Origin: an uncultured Gemmatimonadales bacterium | Lineage (GTDB): Bacteria > Gemmatimonadota > Gemmatimonadetes > Gemmatimonadales > GWC2-71-9 | DNA length: 64,000 bases | Direction of reading: 5' to 3' | Assembly (NCBI GenBank): GCA_963825055.1 | Contig: CAWGSK010000007.1 | Span: 1 to 64,000 of the forward strand | In this document: positions 1 to 8,960 of the stretch, piece after piece | Numbering within the stretch: position 1 is the stretch's first letter | How the letters are laid out: each line of letters begins with the position of its first letter | Notes under the pieces: model-generated | The model's database searches: none | What the model was told of the DNA's origin: nothing | What the model saw: only the letters and a program-made list of their open reading frames with translations | Position numbers and translations under genes: made by a program

Positions 1-310
1 ATGACACTGACTGCCTCCTGAGCCGCGTGGGCTCTAATTTTCGGCTGATTGCAGAACTGCACCAAGGTGGGCATCCGACAGTCGCGCTTTGGGAAGAGGG
101 ACGCAAGAGCCGGGAAAGGTTCGGGACGTGACAAGGTGGACAGGGCGGACGCGAACAGGACGGACAGGGCGGACGTAGAAGCGGGTGGTCTGCTAAAGTC
201 GGCGGGGGTATGCGCCGATACCATTGCAGGTTGGATTCTGTGATGCCCCACATACCGCCATGGAGACTTGGTTGTGAACCTCCTTTCCCGTTTGCCGCGC
301 GGTCCGCGTC

Positions 311-535
311 ATGGATGAGCCGCGCCGTGTTCTGGACAGCCAGGGAACGATCTGGATCGCCATTCAGGAGTGCCACCAGGTGCTCCTGAGAGCGTTCGAC
401 GGCACCGGACGTCAGGTCAGGCTGACCAGCAAGCGCCTCGATGCCCTGTCGGACAGGGAGCTCCGGGAGCTGGTGGACGGGGAGGACGCGAGGAGGGCGG
501 ACGAAACAGGACGGTCGGAGAAAGGGCGGTCGTGA
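311..535 (+). CDS. Small hypothetical protein (74 aa)
   Basis: ATG start and protein-like composition (…LDALSDRELRELVD…); followed by the repeat/palindrome module that follows real genes elsewhere in the window. Confidence 0.55.
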   Translation: MDEPRRVLDSQGTIWIAIQECHQVLLRAFDGTGRQVRLTSKRLDALSDRELRELVDGEDARRADETGRSEKGRS

Positions 536-585
536 ACAGGGCGGTCGCCAAGGAGGGGGGTCGTAAAGAGGGCGGTCGGGAGCAG

Positions 586-625
586 GGCGGACAGGCGGAC
601 AGGCGGACAGGCGGACAGGCGGACA
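586..625. repeat. Octamer tandem repeat (GGCGGACA)x5
   Basis: Read directly; degenerate copies also at about 137-174 and 476-580. Confidence 0.9.
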
Positions 626-659
626 GTGCGAACGGTGGGGAGTCTCGTCAAGGTTGTCC

Positions 660-753
660 TGTCATTTCGAGCGCAGTGAGAAATCTCAGAGGGCGGATGC
701 TATCGAAGGCTGCCCTTGAGATCTCTCGGGTCTTGACGGCCCTCGAGATGACA
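660..753. repeat. REP/MITE-like palindromic element, copy 1
   Basis: Terminal inverted repeats TGTCATTTCGAG…CTCGAGATGACA; related to 30805-30929 and 44250-44369. Confidence 0.8.
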
Positions 754-780
754 CGATCCCCGCGACCTGCTACTCCTCTA

Positions 781-829
781 CCCCTCGACCCCTCGACCTC
801 TCGACCTCTCGACCTCTCGACTCTCGACC
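781..829. repeat. Octamer tandem repeat (CCYCTCGA) about 6 units
   Basis: Read directly; abuts the stop codon of the minus-strand cytochrome c gene. Confidence 0.85.
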
Positions 830-1299
830 TACTTCCAGGTCTCCGTCGGCACCGTCTCCGCCGGCTCCAGGGACCGGATGTAGGTGACAAGTTTCCAGAC
901 GATGGGCTCCGGAAGGATGCCGCCATAGGCCGGCATGCCCCGGGGGCGGCCGAAGAAGACGGTCTGATAGATCTCGCCCTCGCTGCCGCCGTAGCGCCAG
1001 CGACCGTCGTTCAGGCTGGGTCCGACCCAGCCAACCCCGCCCCCACCGTGGCAGCCGTCGCAGTTCATGGAGGTGAAGAGCGCACGCCCCTCGTTTACCG
1101 CGCTCTTGTCCCCACTGTATGGATTCCTGAGGTCGAGCGTCGAGGGGGCGGCACCGCCGGCGGTGACGATGTGGCTGTACTGGCTGTCCGGTGCCGTGAC
1201 GCGCTCCCCGGTTTCGAGCGACGGGGGTGCCTTCTGGCGCTCGCCACAGGCCACGAGTGCCAGGGCGGCAGCCGCCAGGGCTAGAGTGCGAAGATCCAC
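829..1299 (-). CDS. Lipoprotein c-type cytochrome (XoxG/cytochrome cL-like electron acceptor)
   Basis: Lipobox LVAC; single CDGCH haem motif; LNDGRWRYGG…GMPAYG; overlaps the end of the PQQ dehydrogenase. Confidence 0.85.
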   Translation of the reverse strand: MDLRTLALAAAALALVACGERQKAPPSLETGERVTAPDSQYSHIVTAGGAAPSTLDLRNPYSGDKSAVNEGRALFTSMNCDGCHGGGGVGWVGPSLNDGRWRYGGSEGEIYQTVFFGRPRGMPAYGGILPEPIVWKLVTYIRSLEPAETVPTETWK

Positions 1300-3050
1300 A
1301 GCATTCCTCCCTGGCTGGTGTAGCGGGCGAGGTCCGGGGCGAAATCGGTCGGAGGGCGAATGTCCGACGGATCATTGGAGATCACGTCTCCCGCAAGCAG
1401 GAACCAGTCGCCCCCGATGCCGGACATGATGGCGACGTACTGCTTGCCGTCCGGGCCGGTGTACGTGATGGGCGCTCCGACCACGCCTGACCCGACCTTG
1501 AATTTCCAGAGCGGTTTGCCGCTGGTGGCGTCCGCCGCCTTGAACCAGCCGTCCAGCGTGCCGTAGAAGACGACGTTGCCAGCCGTCACGACGCTGCCGC
1601 TCCAGACGGGGTATTTCTCGTGGATGTCCCACTTCACGGTTCCCGTGGCCGCGTCCCAGGCCGTGAGCGCGCCGAGGTAGTTGCCCGGGCCGGGCGAGTA
1701 GGGTGTGGAGGCCCCGATGTATGGCGTGCCCTCGATGTAGCCGACTTCGTCGGCGTCCCAGCTCATGCAGAGGTTGACGGTCGAGACGTAGAAGAGGCCC
1801 GTCTTCGTCGAGTACGACGCGGGTGATGCGGGGCTGGAGCCGCCCTCGAGGCTGGGGCAGATGTCGTGCGCCACGCCCTTTGACGCTCCCGTGAGCTTGG
1901 TCGAGTCGACGATGGGCCGCCCGGTCTTCAAGTCGATCCCGCTGGCCCAGGTCACGTGGACATACGGCTTCGCGAGGATCACTTCGCCGGTCGTCCGGTC
2001 GATCGTATACGCGAACCCGTTCTTGTCGAAGTGCACCAGGACCTTCCGCTGCGTTCCGCCGATCGTGAGGTCGGCCAGGATCATTTCCGCGTTGGAGTCG
2101 TAGTCCCAGTTTTCGTGAGGGGTGAACTGGTAGGCCCAGACCAGGCTGCCGTCCTCCGGCCGTCGTGCCATGACGCTGCTCGACCACTTGTTGTCGCCTT
2201 CGCGCTGGTCGGGATTGTACGGCGCGGCATTCCCGGTGCCGTAATAGACCAGGTCGAGTTCCGGGTCGTAGGTCAACCATCCCCAGACCGGAACCCCGGC
2301 CCGTTTCCAGACGTCCGGCGGCCAGGTCGTCATGCCGAGCTGGTCGCCCTTGTCATAGAACGGCTTGAACGTCCCCGGTCTCGCGAGCACCATGCTGTCG
2401 GGCCCGGCGTTGTAGCCGGTCCAGACGATCTTCCCGGTCTCCGTGTCCAGACCCTTGACCCAGCCGTGGATCCCGAACTCACCTCCCGAGGGGCCGACAA
2501 TGACCCGGTTCTTTGCCACGATGGGCGCCATGGTGATGGTCTCACCCTTCTCCATGGACGCGACCTTCGTCTTCCAGAGTTCCTTCCCGGTCTTCGCATC
2601 CACCGCGACGGTGTGCCCGTCGATCAGGTTATAGAAGATCTTCCCGTTCGCGTAGACTGCGCCCCGGTTCACGGCATCGCAGCACGCCGAGCCGAGGGCG
2701 AACGGGCTCACTTCAGGACGGTACTTCCACTTGAGGGGGTAGTCTTCTTTTGCCAGGTCGAAGGCGTAGAGGACGTTGGGGAACGGCGTGACCACATACA
2801 TGGTGTTGTCGACCACGAGCGGCTGGCCCTCGTGCCCGCCGAGCACTCCGGTGGAGAAAGTCCACACGGGCTTCAGGTTCCTGACATTGTCGGCGGTAAT
2901 CTGGGAGAGATCGCTGTAGCGGGTGGCGGCCAGATTCTTCCCGGGGGCTGGCCATTGTGCCCCGTCCTGGCCGGCGGCGGGGGACGGCTGGAGGGTGAGC
3001 ACCACGCCGGCGAGCAGGACGCTGGAGATGCGGGACCACGGTAGAGCCAT
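1281..3050 (-). CDS. PQQ-dependent methanol/ethanol-family dehydrogenase, lanthanide-type (XoxF/PedH-like)
   Basis: Signal peptide; WTFSTG…GHEGQPLVV; vicinal CCDAVNRG; GGEFG; GTGN; WDYD; Trp-docking repeats. Confidence 0.92.
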   Translation of the reverse strand: MALPWSRISSVLLAGVVLTLQPSPAAGQDGAQWPAPGKNLAATRYSDLSQITADNVRNLKPVWTFSTGVLGGHEGQPLVVDNTMYVVTPFPNVLYAFDLAKEDYPLKWKYRPEVSPFALGSACCDAVNRGAVYANGKIFYNLIDGHTVAVDAKTGKELWKTKVASMEKGETITMAPIVAKNRVIVGPSGGEFGIHGWVKGLDTETGKIVWTGYNAGPDSMVLARPGTFKPFYDKGDQLGMTTWPPDVWKRAGVPVWGWLTYDPELDLVYYGTGNAAPYNPDQREGDNKWSSSVMARRPEDGSLVWAYQFTPHENWDYDSNAEMILADLTIGGTQRKVLVHFDKNGFAYTIDRTTGEVILAKPYVHVTWASGIDLKTGRPIVDSTKLTGASKGVAHDICPSLEGGSSPASPASYSTKTGLFYVSTVNLCMSWDADEVGYIEGTPYIGASTPYSPGPGNYLGALTAWDAATGTVKWDIHEKYPVWSGSVVTAGNVVFYGTLDGWFKAADATSGKPLWKFKVGSGVVGAPITYTGPDGKQYVAIMSGIGGDWFLLAGDVISNDPSDIRPPTDFAPDLARYTSQGGMLWIFAL

Positions 3051-3243
3051 GCGGACCTCGAGTTCGGGGGATAAAACGCCCGAGGGGGATACGCGCGATG
3101 CCTGCTATCTATATCCGGCGCGAGGTCTTCGCCATGACCCGTATCACAAGGTCGCGCCGCAGCACCCCTGCCCAGCGCTCGAGCGCCCCCGGGGGATGAC
3201 CTCCGTCACGGCGCGCGACCGGGCCTGGGGGCCATATCGACAT

Positions 3244-3945
3244 ATGCCTGATATGCCCGCCTGGCTCGTCCTTCTCTCCTGGCTGTCGCTCGGCCTGGGG
3301 GTGCTCTCCGCCCTGATCATCCTGCTGGATGTCACCCGGCATCCGCAACATATGTGGATCATGAACGTGGTCTGGCCAATCACGGCGCTCTACGCCGGCC
3401 CCCTGGCGCTCTGGGCGTACTTCACGGTCGGCCGGCTCGCCACCCGCGAGACGGTGAAACGGGCGAAGGAGCAGCACCAGAAGCCACCCTCGAAGCGGAA
3501 ACCGTTCTGGCAGACCGTCGGCCTGGCCGCCTCGCATTGCGGGAGCGGCTGTACACTCGGTGACCTCATCGCCGAGTGGGGGCTCGTCCTCTTCCCCCTC
3601 ACCCTGTTCGGCCACAAGATCTTCGCCGCCTGGGCGGTGGACTACGTCGTCGCCTTCGCGATCGGCATCGCCTTCCAGTACTTCACCATCAAGCCGATGC
3701 GCGGGCTGTCCGTCGGCGAGGGGCTCAAGGCCGCGCTCAAGGCGGATTCCCTCTCGCTCACCAGCTGGCAGGTCGGCATGTACGGCTGGATGGCCATTGC
3801 GACGTTCCTGATCTTCGGCCATGAGCTGGAAAAGACCAGCCCGGTCTTCTGGTTCATGATGCAGATCGCGATGCTGGCCGGCTTCCTCACGGCCTATCCG
3901 GTGAACTGGTGGCTGGTGAAGGCGGGGGTGAAGGAGGAGATGTAG
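3244..3945 (+). CDS. DUF4396-family membrane protein
   Basis: HPQHMWIMNVVWP, HCGSGCTLGD and YPVNWWLV…GVKEEM motifs; start moved to the ATG at 3244 (or 3253). Confidence 0.8.
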   Translation: MPDMPAWLVLLSWLSLGLGVLSALIILLDVTRHPQHMWIMNVVWPITALYAGPLALWAYFTVGRLATRETVKRAKEQHQKPPSKRKPFWQTVGLAASHCGSGCTLGDLIAEWGLVLFPLTLFGHKIFAAWAVDYVVAFAIGIAFQYFTIKPMRGLSVGEGLKAALKADSLSLTSWQVGMYGWMAIATFLIFGHELEKTSPVFWFMMQIAMLAGFLTAYPVNWWLVKAGVKEEM

Positions 3946-3948
3946 GAG

Positions 3949-3981
3949 TAGTGACTAGTGACTAGTGACTAGTGACTAGTG
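3949..3981. repeat. Heptamer tandem repeat (TAGTGAC)x4
   Basis: Read directly, immediately after the stop codon; same unit at 21191-21244. Confidence 0.9.
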
Positions 3982-4003
3982 CTTTGGGGGGGAGTATCAT
4001 CGC

Positions 4004-4094
4004 GACTGCCGACTGCCGACTGCCGACTGCCGACTGCCGACTGCCGACTGCCGACTGCCGACTGCCGACTGCCGACTGCCGACTGCCGACTGCC
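4004..4094. repeat. Heptamer tandem repeat (GACTGCC)x13
   Basis: 13 perfect units between convergent genes. Confidence 0.95.
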
Positions 4095-4100
4095 GACTCC

Positions 4101-5270
4101 CTATGCCGTCCTCTTGGAGTACTGCCTTACTGCCAGCGTGAACACGCCGGCAGCGAATACGCTCAGCACCGCGAAGGACGCGAGCACGTCCCGGAACCCC
4201 GCCCCCTTGAGCAGGATCGCCCGCATGATCCAGACGAAGTGTTTGACCGGGTTCAGCTGGGCAATCCACTGCGCCCACTCCGGCATGCTGCTGATAGGCG
4301 TGAACAGGCCACTCATCAGCAGGTACAGCACCATGATGAAGAAGGTGATGAACATGGCCTGCTGCTGGGTGGCCGCGATGGTGGAAACCCAGAGACCGGT
4401 GCCCAGGGCGGCAAGGAGATAGACCGCCGCCAGGGCAAAGACGAGCGGGATGCTGCCGAGCATCGGCACGCCGAAGACGAAGCGGGCGATGAGGAGCCCC
4501 ACGCCAAGTTCCACCAGCCCGATCGACCAGAGGGGGATGAGCTTGGCCGCAATGAACTCACTCCGCGACACCGGAGTCACGTTGAGCTGGTCCAGGGTCC
4601 CGATTTCCTTCTCCCGGGCAATGTTGAGCGCCGTCAGCAGGGTGCCGACCAGGGTGATCAGGAAAACCAGGATGCCCGGCACCATGTAGTAGCGGTAGTC
4701 GAGCGAGGGGTTGTACCAGTTGCGCGTCCGCACATCCAACGGGGCGGACAGGGCGGTCGAGGCGGTCGAGGCGGTCGAGGCGGACAGGGCGGTCGAGGCG
4801 GTCGGGCGGACGGGCGGTCCGGCGGTCGTTGCGAGTTCCGCGGCATAGCCCCGGATGATGCTGGCGGCGTAGGACCGGGTGACGCCGGCGGCGGCGCCGT
4901 CTTCGGCGTTGAGGATCAACTGGACCGGTGCCGAATGCTGCCGGACGAGTTGCTCCTCGAAGTCGCGCGGAATCTGGAGGATGACGCCGGCGTCCCGGCC
5001 CAGCATCGCGTCGTTCGCCTGCGCCATGGAGCCGGACGCGCTGGTCAGCTGGAACCTGCCGGAAGCCAGGAAGCGGTTGACCAGCCCGCGCGAACTGACC
5101 GACCGATCCTGGTCCACAACGTACAGCCGGGCACTCTTCACCTCGAAGGTGGCGGCATTGGCAAGGACGAGAAGCTGGATAACCGGCATCATGAAGATCA
5201 GGATGAGCATGACCCGGTCCCGGAAGATCTGCCGGTACTCCTTCTGGAGCAGCGCCCTGAGAACCCGCAC
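4101..5270 (-). CDS. ABC-2 type exporter permease (YbhR-like)
   Basis: KEYRQIFRD…, NWYNPSL…[22 protein letters not shown]; about six TM segments. Confidence 0.92.
   Translation of the reverse strand: MRVLRALLQKEYRQIFRDRVMLILIFMMPVIQLLVLANAATFEVKSARLYVVDQDRSVSSRGLVNRFLASGRFQLTSASGSMAQANDAMLGRDAGVILQIPRDFEEQLVRQHSAPVQLILNAEDGAAAGVTRSYAASIIRGYAAELATTAGPPVRPTASTALSASTASTASTALSAPLDVRTRNWYNPSLDYRYYMVPGILVFLITLVGTLLTALNIAREKEIGTLDQLNVTPVSRSEFIAAKLIPLWSIGLVELGVGLLIARFVFGVPMLGSIPLVFALAAVYLLAALGTGLWVSTIAATQQQAMFITFFIMVLYLLMSGLFTPISSMPEWAQWIAQLNPVKHFVWIMRAILLKGAGFRDVLASFAVLSVFAAGVFTLAVRQYSKRTA
4741..4820. repeat. In-frame nonamer repeat (GGCGGTCGA/GGCGGACAG) inside the permease
   Basis: Encodes [26 protein letters not shown]; the unit resembles the intergenic GGCGGACA repeats. 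Confidence 0.85.
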
Positions 5271-6383
5271 CTATCCCATCCTCGGCTTGAAGCTGTGGGT
5301 AGCAACCGCCATGATGACCACGGCCATGCCGCCCAGGACAAGGGTCGGCAGCCAGAGATAGTCGAGGCCGACTCCCTTCAGCATGATGCCGCGGGCGATG
5401 AGGATGAACCAGCGGGCCGGGACGATGTTGGTAACGGGCTGGAGCCAGCCCGGCATGCTCTCGATGGGGAAGATCATGCCGGATAGCAGCACGTTCGGCA
5501 TCATGGTACCAGCGAGCGCCACGACCATGGCCACCCGCTGCGAGGACGTCCGGGCCGCGATGAGCACCCCGAGGGCGAGGGAGACCAGCGTGTACAGGAG
5601 ACTCTCGCCGAGCAGGAGGGCGACGCTGCCGCGAAAGGGAACCTGGAAGATGAGCCACGCGGCGGCGAGCGCGGTGAGCGCGTTGGCAAAGCCGAGGAGA
5701 AGGTACGGGACCACCTTGCCGACGATAATCTGCCAGGGCCTGAGTGGAGACACGAGGAGCACCTCGAGCGTGCCGCGTTCCTTCTCCCGGGACAGGGAGA
5801 TGGCGGTCATCAGCGCGGCCACCAGCGTGAGCACGAAGGCGATCAGCCCAGGCACGAAGAGGTTGACGCTCTCGAGCGTAGGGTTGAACCGCATACGGAC
5901 CGTGGGGACGATGCTGAGCGGCGGGCGGCTCACGGCCAGGTCGCGCTCCCAGTCACTGATGACCGACCCCACGTACGCCTGCATGGTCGTGGCGGAGTTC
6001 GGGTCGGCCGCATCCGCAACAAGCAGGACGCGGGCAGGTGTGCCACGCCGGAGGTCGCTGGCGAAGCCCGGCTCGAACACGAGCGCCAGGTCAGCCTCGC
6101 CCCGCCGGAAGAGCCGTTCGACTCCCTCGGCGTTCCCGGGGGTGGCCACGATGGAAAACCGGCCGGATCCGGCGAGCCGCTGCCGCAGCTGCAGCGTGAC
6201 ATCGCTCGGCACCGGGTCCACGACTGCCACCCGTATGTCATGGATGTCGTTCCGGAGCGCGTAGCCGAAGAGAACCACCTGCACCAGCGGCATCAGGATC
6301 AGGATCGTGAGTGTCTGCCGGTCCCGCAGGATGTGACGCACCTCCTTCGTCATGAAGGCCCGGAGCGCGGAGCGGTGCTTCAC
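5271..6383 (-). CDS. ABC-2 type exporter permease (YbhS-like)
   Basis: KEVRHILRD, RFNPTLES…FVPG, SREKERGTLEVLLVSP. Confidence 0.92.
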   Translation of the reverse strand: MKHRSALRAFMTKEVRHILRDRQTLTILILMPLVQVVLFGYALRNDIHDIRVAVVDPVPSDVTLQLRQRLAGSGRFSIVATPGNAEGVERLFRRGEADLALVFEPGFASDLRRGTPARVLLVADAADPNSATTMQAYVGSVISDWERDLAVSRPPLSIVPTVRMRFNPTLESVNLFVPGLIAFVLTLVAALMTAISLSREKERGTLEVLLVSPLRPWQIIVGKVVPYLLLGFANALTALAAAWLIFQVPFRGSVALLLGESLLYTLVSLALGVLIAARTSSQRVAMVVALAGTMMPNVLLSGMIFPIESMPGWLQPVTNIVPARWFILIARGIMLKGVGLDYLWLPTLVLGGMAVVIMAVATHSFKPRMG

Positions 6384-7117
6384 GCGGCCGCTCCCGGCCG
6401 GGCGAGCCGGACGAATACCTCATCCATGGTGTCGGCCTGGTACGTCACCTTCAGTTCCGCCGGCGTTCCGAGCGCGGCGATCCTTCCATCCACCATGATG
6501 GAAACCCGGTCGCAGTACTCGGCCTCATCCATGTAATGAGTGGTGACGAACACCGTGGTCCCGGCCGCCGCGGTGGCATAGATCGTCTCCCAGAACCGGC
6601 GCCGGGTGATGGGGTCCACACCGCCGGTCGGCTCGTCCAGGAAGATGATTTCAGGCTCATGAATGAGGGCGACCGAGAAGGCCAGTTTCTGCTTCCAGCC
6701 GAGTGGCAGGCCAGCCACCAGCTGGTCGGCGGCGTGCTCCAGTTCGAGGCTCCTCAGCAGCTCGCTGACCCGGGCCTTCAGTCTGGCCCCGAACAGGCCG
6801 TAGATGCCGCCGTAGAGACGGATGTTCTCCCGGACCGTGAGGTCTTCATAGAGCGAGAATCGCTGGCTCATGTAACCGATGCTGCGGCGTACGGCTTCCG
6901 TCTCGGTCCGCACGTCATGGCCGGCCACCGTCGCCTCGCCCTCCGTGGGCGCGAGGAGGCCGATGAGCATCTTGATCGCCGTGGTCTTGCCGGCGCCGTT
7001 GGCACCCAGGAAGCCGAAGATCTCGCCCGGTTTCACGGAGAAGGAAATCGCGTCCACCGCGGTGAACGCGCCGAATCGGCGGGTGAGCCCGCGCACCTCG
7101 ATGGCCGGCCCGCTCAC
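6380..7117 (-). CDS. ABC transporter ATP-binding protein (copy 1)
   Basis: Walker A GANGAGKT, LPLGWKQ signature, FLDEPT, TTH. Confidence 0.93.
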   Translation of the reverse strand: MSGPAIEVRGLTRRFGAFTAVDAISFSVKPGEIFGFLGANGAGKTTAIKMLIGLLAPTEGEATVAGHDVRTETEAVRRSIGYMSQRFSLYEDLTVRENIRLYGGIYGLFGARLKARVSELLRSLELEHAADQLVAGLPLGWKQKLAFSVALIHEPEIIFLDEPTGGVDPITRRRFWETIYATAAAGTTVFVTTHYMDEAEYCDRVSIMVDGRIAALGTPAELKVTYQADTMDEVFVRLARPGAAA

Positions 7118-8061
7118 GCGGCGCCCTCCGGCGCTTCATCCATGAGCGCCATGAACACATCCTCGATGCCCGCCGGCAGCGGCGTCACGGTGGCCCCGGG
7201 AAATCCCGCCGCGCCCAGCCACCCGAGCAGGTCCTGCGCGAGCTCGGTTTCCCCGAGGCTCCCCCGGTCATCGGTGTAATGCAGGGTGTCGCCGAACGCA
7301 TAGACCGACCGGCAGTGCGGACGGTCGCGGAGGGCCAGCAGCATCCGGAAGCGCTCCGGACCGCCCACGGCAAGGAGTGGCAGCGGATGGCGGCCTCCCA
7401 GTGCCCCTGGCTGGTCGATCCCGAGAATCCTGCCCTTCTGGATGAGGGCAACCCGGTCGCACCGGCCCGCCTCGTCCATATAGGGGGTGGATACCAGGAT
7501 GGTCAGCCCCTGCGCCTTGAGCGTGGCCAGCAGTTCCCAGAACTCCTGGCGGGAGACGGCATCCACGCCGGTGGTGGGCTCGTCCAGGAAGAGAATCTCC
7601 GGCCGGTGCACCAGGGCACACGACAGGGCCAGCTTCTGTTTCATGCCTCCCGAGAGGGCGTCCGCCCGGCGGTCGCGGAAGGGGGCGATCTGGTCATAGA
7701 TCGGTGCGATGAGCTCGTGGCCTTCTTCCGGTGTCGTCCCGAAGACCGAGGCGAAGAAGCGCAGGTTCTCCTCGACGCTCAGGTCGGGGTACAGCGAAAA
7801 TCGTCCGGGCATGTAGCCGACCCGGGAACGGATCTCCCACATGTCCCGCACCACGTCCCGTCCGAGCACGGTCGCGTGGCCCGCGTCGGGGAGGAGCAGG
7901 GTGCAGAGGATCCGGAACAAAGTGGTCTTGCCCGCGCCATCGGGACCGATGAAGCCGAACAGTTCACCCGGCTCCACCTGGAAGGAGATGCCGTCGAGGG
8001 CCGTGGTTTCACCGTAGCGGCGAACGAGGTCGGTCACCTGCACCACCGGTCCCGTACTCAC
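7114..8061 (-). CDS. ABC transporter ATP-binding protein (copy 1)
   Basis: GPDGAGKT, LSGGMKQ, FLDEPT. Confidence 0.93.
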   Translation of the reverse strand: MSTGPVVQVTDLVRRYGETTALDGISFQVEPGELFGFIGPDGAGKTTLFRILCTLLLPDAGHATVLGRDVVRDMWEIRSRVGYMPGRFSLYPDLSVEENLRFFASVFGTTPEEGHELIAPIYDQIAPFRDRRADALSGGMKQKLALSCALVHRPEILFLDEPTTGVDAVSRQEFWELLATLKAQGLTILVSTPYMDEAGRCDRVALIQKGRILGIDQPGALGGRHPLPLLAVGGPERFRMLLALRDRPHCRSVYAFGDTLHYTDDRGSLGETELAQDLLGWLGAAGFPGATVTPLPAGIEDVFMALMDEAPEGAA

Positions 8062-8960
8062 CGGGGCTCGCCTGCAGTGAAGGTCACATCGGCGGGCATG
8101 CCGATCTTGAGCGCACCGTCGGGGTTTGCCACGCGGATCTTCACGGCATAGACCAGGTCCGCGCGTTCATCTCGAGTCTGGACTGGTGTCGGAGTGAACT
8201 CGGCTTCATCGGCAACCCAGCTCACGATACCGGGGAAGGTCCGGAGCCCGTCGGGGCCGTCCACGCTGACGGTGACCTGGCCACCCAGTCGCAGTGAGGC
8301 GAGCTGTGCCTCCGAGACCCACGCACGCAGCGTGAGCGTATCGAGCGGGGCGATCCGGAAGAGGGGCTGGCCGGGCTGGACGTATTCGCCCGGCTCGGCA
8401 AAGGTCGCGAGGACCGTTCCAGTAACCGGGCTCGTGATGCGACTCTTCTCGAGCCGGTCCTGAAGCTGGGCGATCTGTGCGTCCACGGCCTTCGTCTGCT
8501 GGGTGGTTCCGCTGGTCTGGTGGCGGGCAGCCCCCAGCTGCTCTTCCAGCGTACGGACTCGGGACTCGGCCTGGTCCAGCTGCTGCGGCGTGGCGGCCTG
8601 GCGATCGTGCAGCCGCCGGATCCGGCCCAGGTCGTTGCGGGCAATCTGCAACTGCGATTCGAGCGCGGCTGCTTCCGATCCCGCCTGCCCGGTGCGTGCG
8701 TGGGCTCCGGCCTTCTCGGCCTGGAGCGCCCGGAGCTGCAGCGTGACCTGCGTGGTATCAACGAGTCCCACCACCCTGCCGGACTCGAAGCGGTCGCCCT
8801 CGTCCACGTCGAACCTGAGCAACTGTCCACTGGTCTCGGCGCTCACCGTCACGTCGGTCGCCTCGAAGTTGCCCCAGGCATCCGGGGAGGAGGCGCGCCC
8901 GCAGGAGGCGATTGCCAGGAGGCCGGCAAGTGCCGCGGGAAGTGTGGCCGGTCGCATCAT
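8058..8960 (-). CDS. HlyD-family periplasmic adaptor (YbhG-like), copy 1
   Basis: Lipobox IASC; coiled coil; AEFTP…VQT..ER..LVYAVK; LKIGMPA. Confidence 0.9.
   Translation of the reverse strand: MMRPATLPAALAGLLAIASCGRASSPDAWGNFEATDVTVSAETSGQLLRFDVDEGDRFESGRVVGLVDTTQVTLQLRALQAEKAGAHARTGQAGSEAAALESQLQIARNDLGRIRRLHDRQAATPQQLDQAESRVRTLEEQLGAARHQTSGTTQQTKAVDAQIAQLQDRLEKSRITSPVTGTVLATFAEPGEYVQPGQPLFRIAPLDTLTLRAWVSEAQLASLRLGGQVTVSVDGPDGLRTFPGIVSWVADEAEFTPTPVQTRDERADLVYAVKIRVANPDGALKIGMPADVTFTAGEPR

Noticed and set aside
1..19. Possible start of a minus-strand gene (AGGAGG then GTG at 7)
   Set aside because: Only two codons lie inside the window, so it cannot be verified.
4004..4094. Tandem arrays as CRISPR
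   Set aside because: Units of 7-8 nt with no spacers, and no cas genes.
3972..5486. Long + strand ORFs with TADCRLP repeats, and similar repeat-derived ORFs at 370, 18361, 30908 and 44235
   Set aside because: They are translations of microsatellites plus antisense shadows of real genes in GC-rich DNA.
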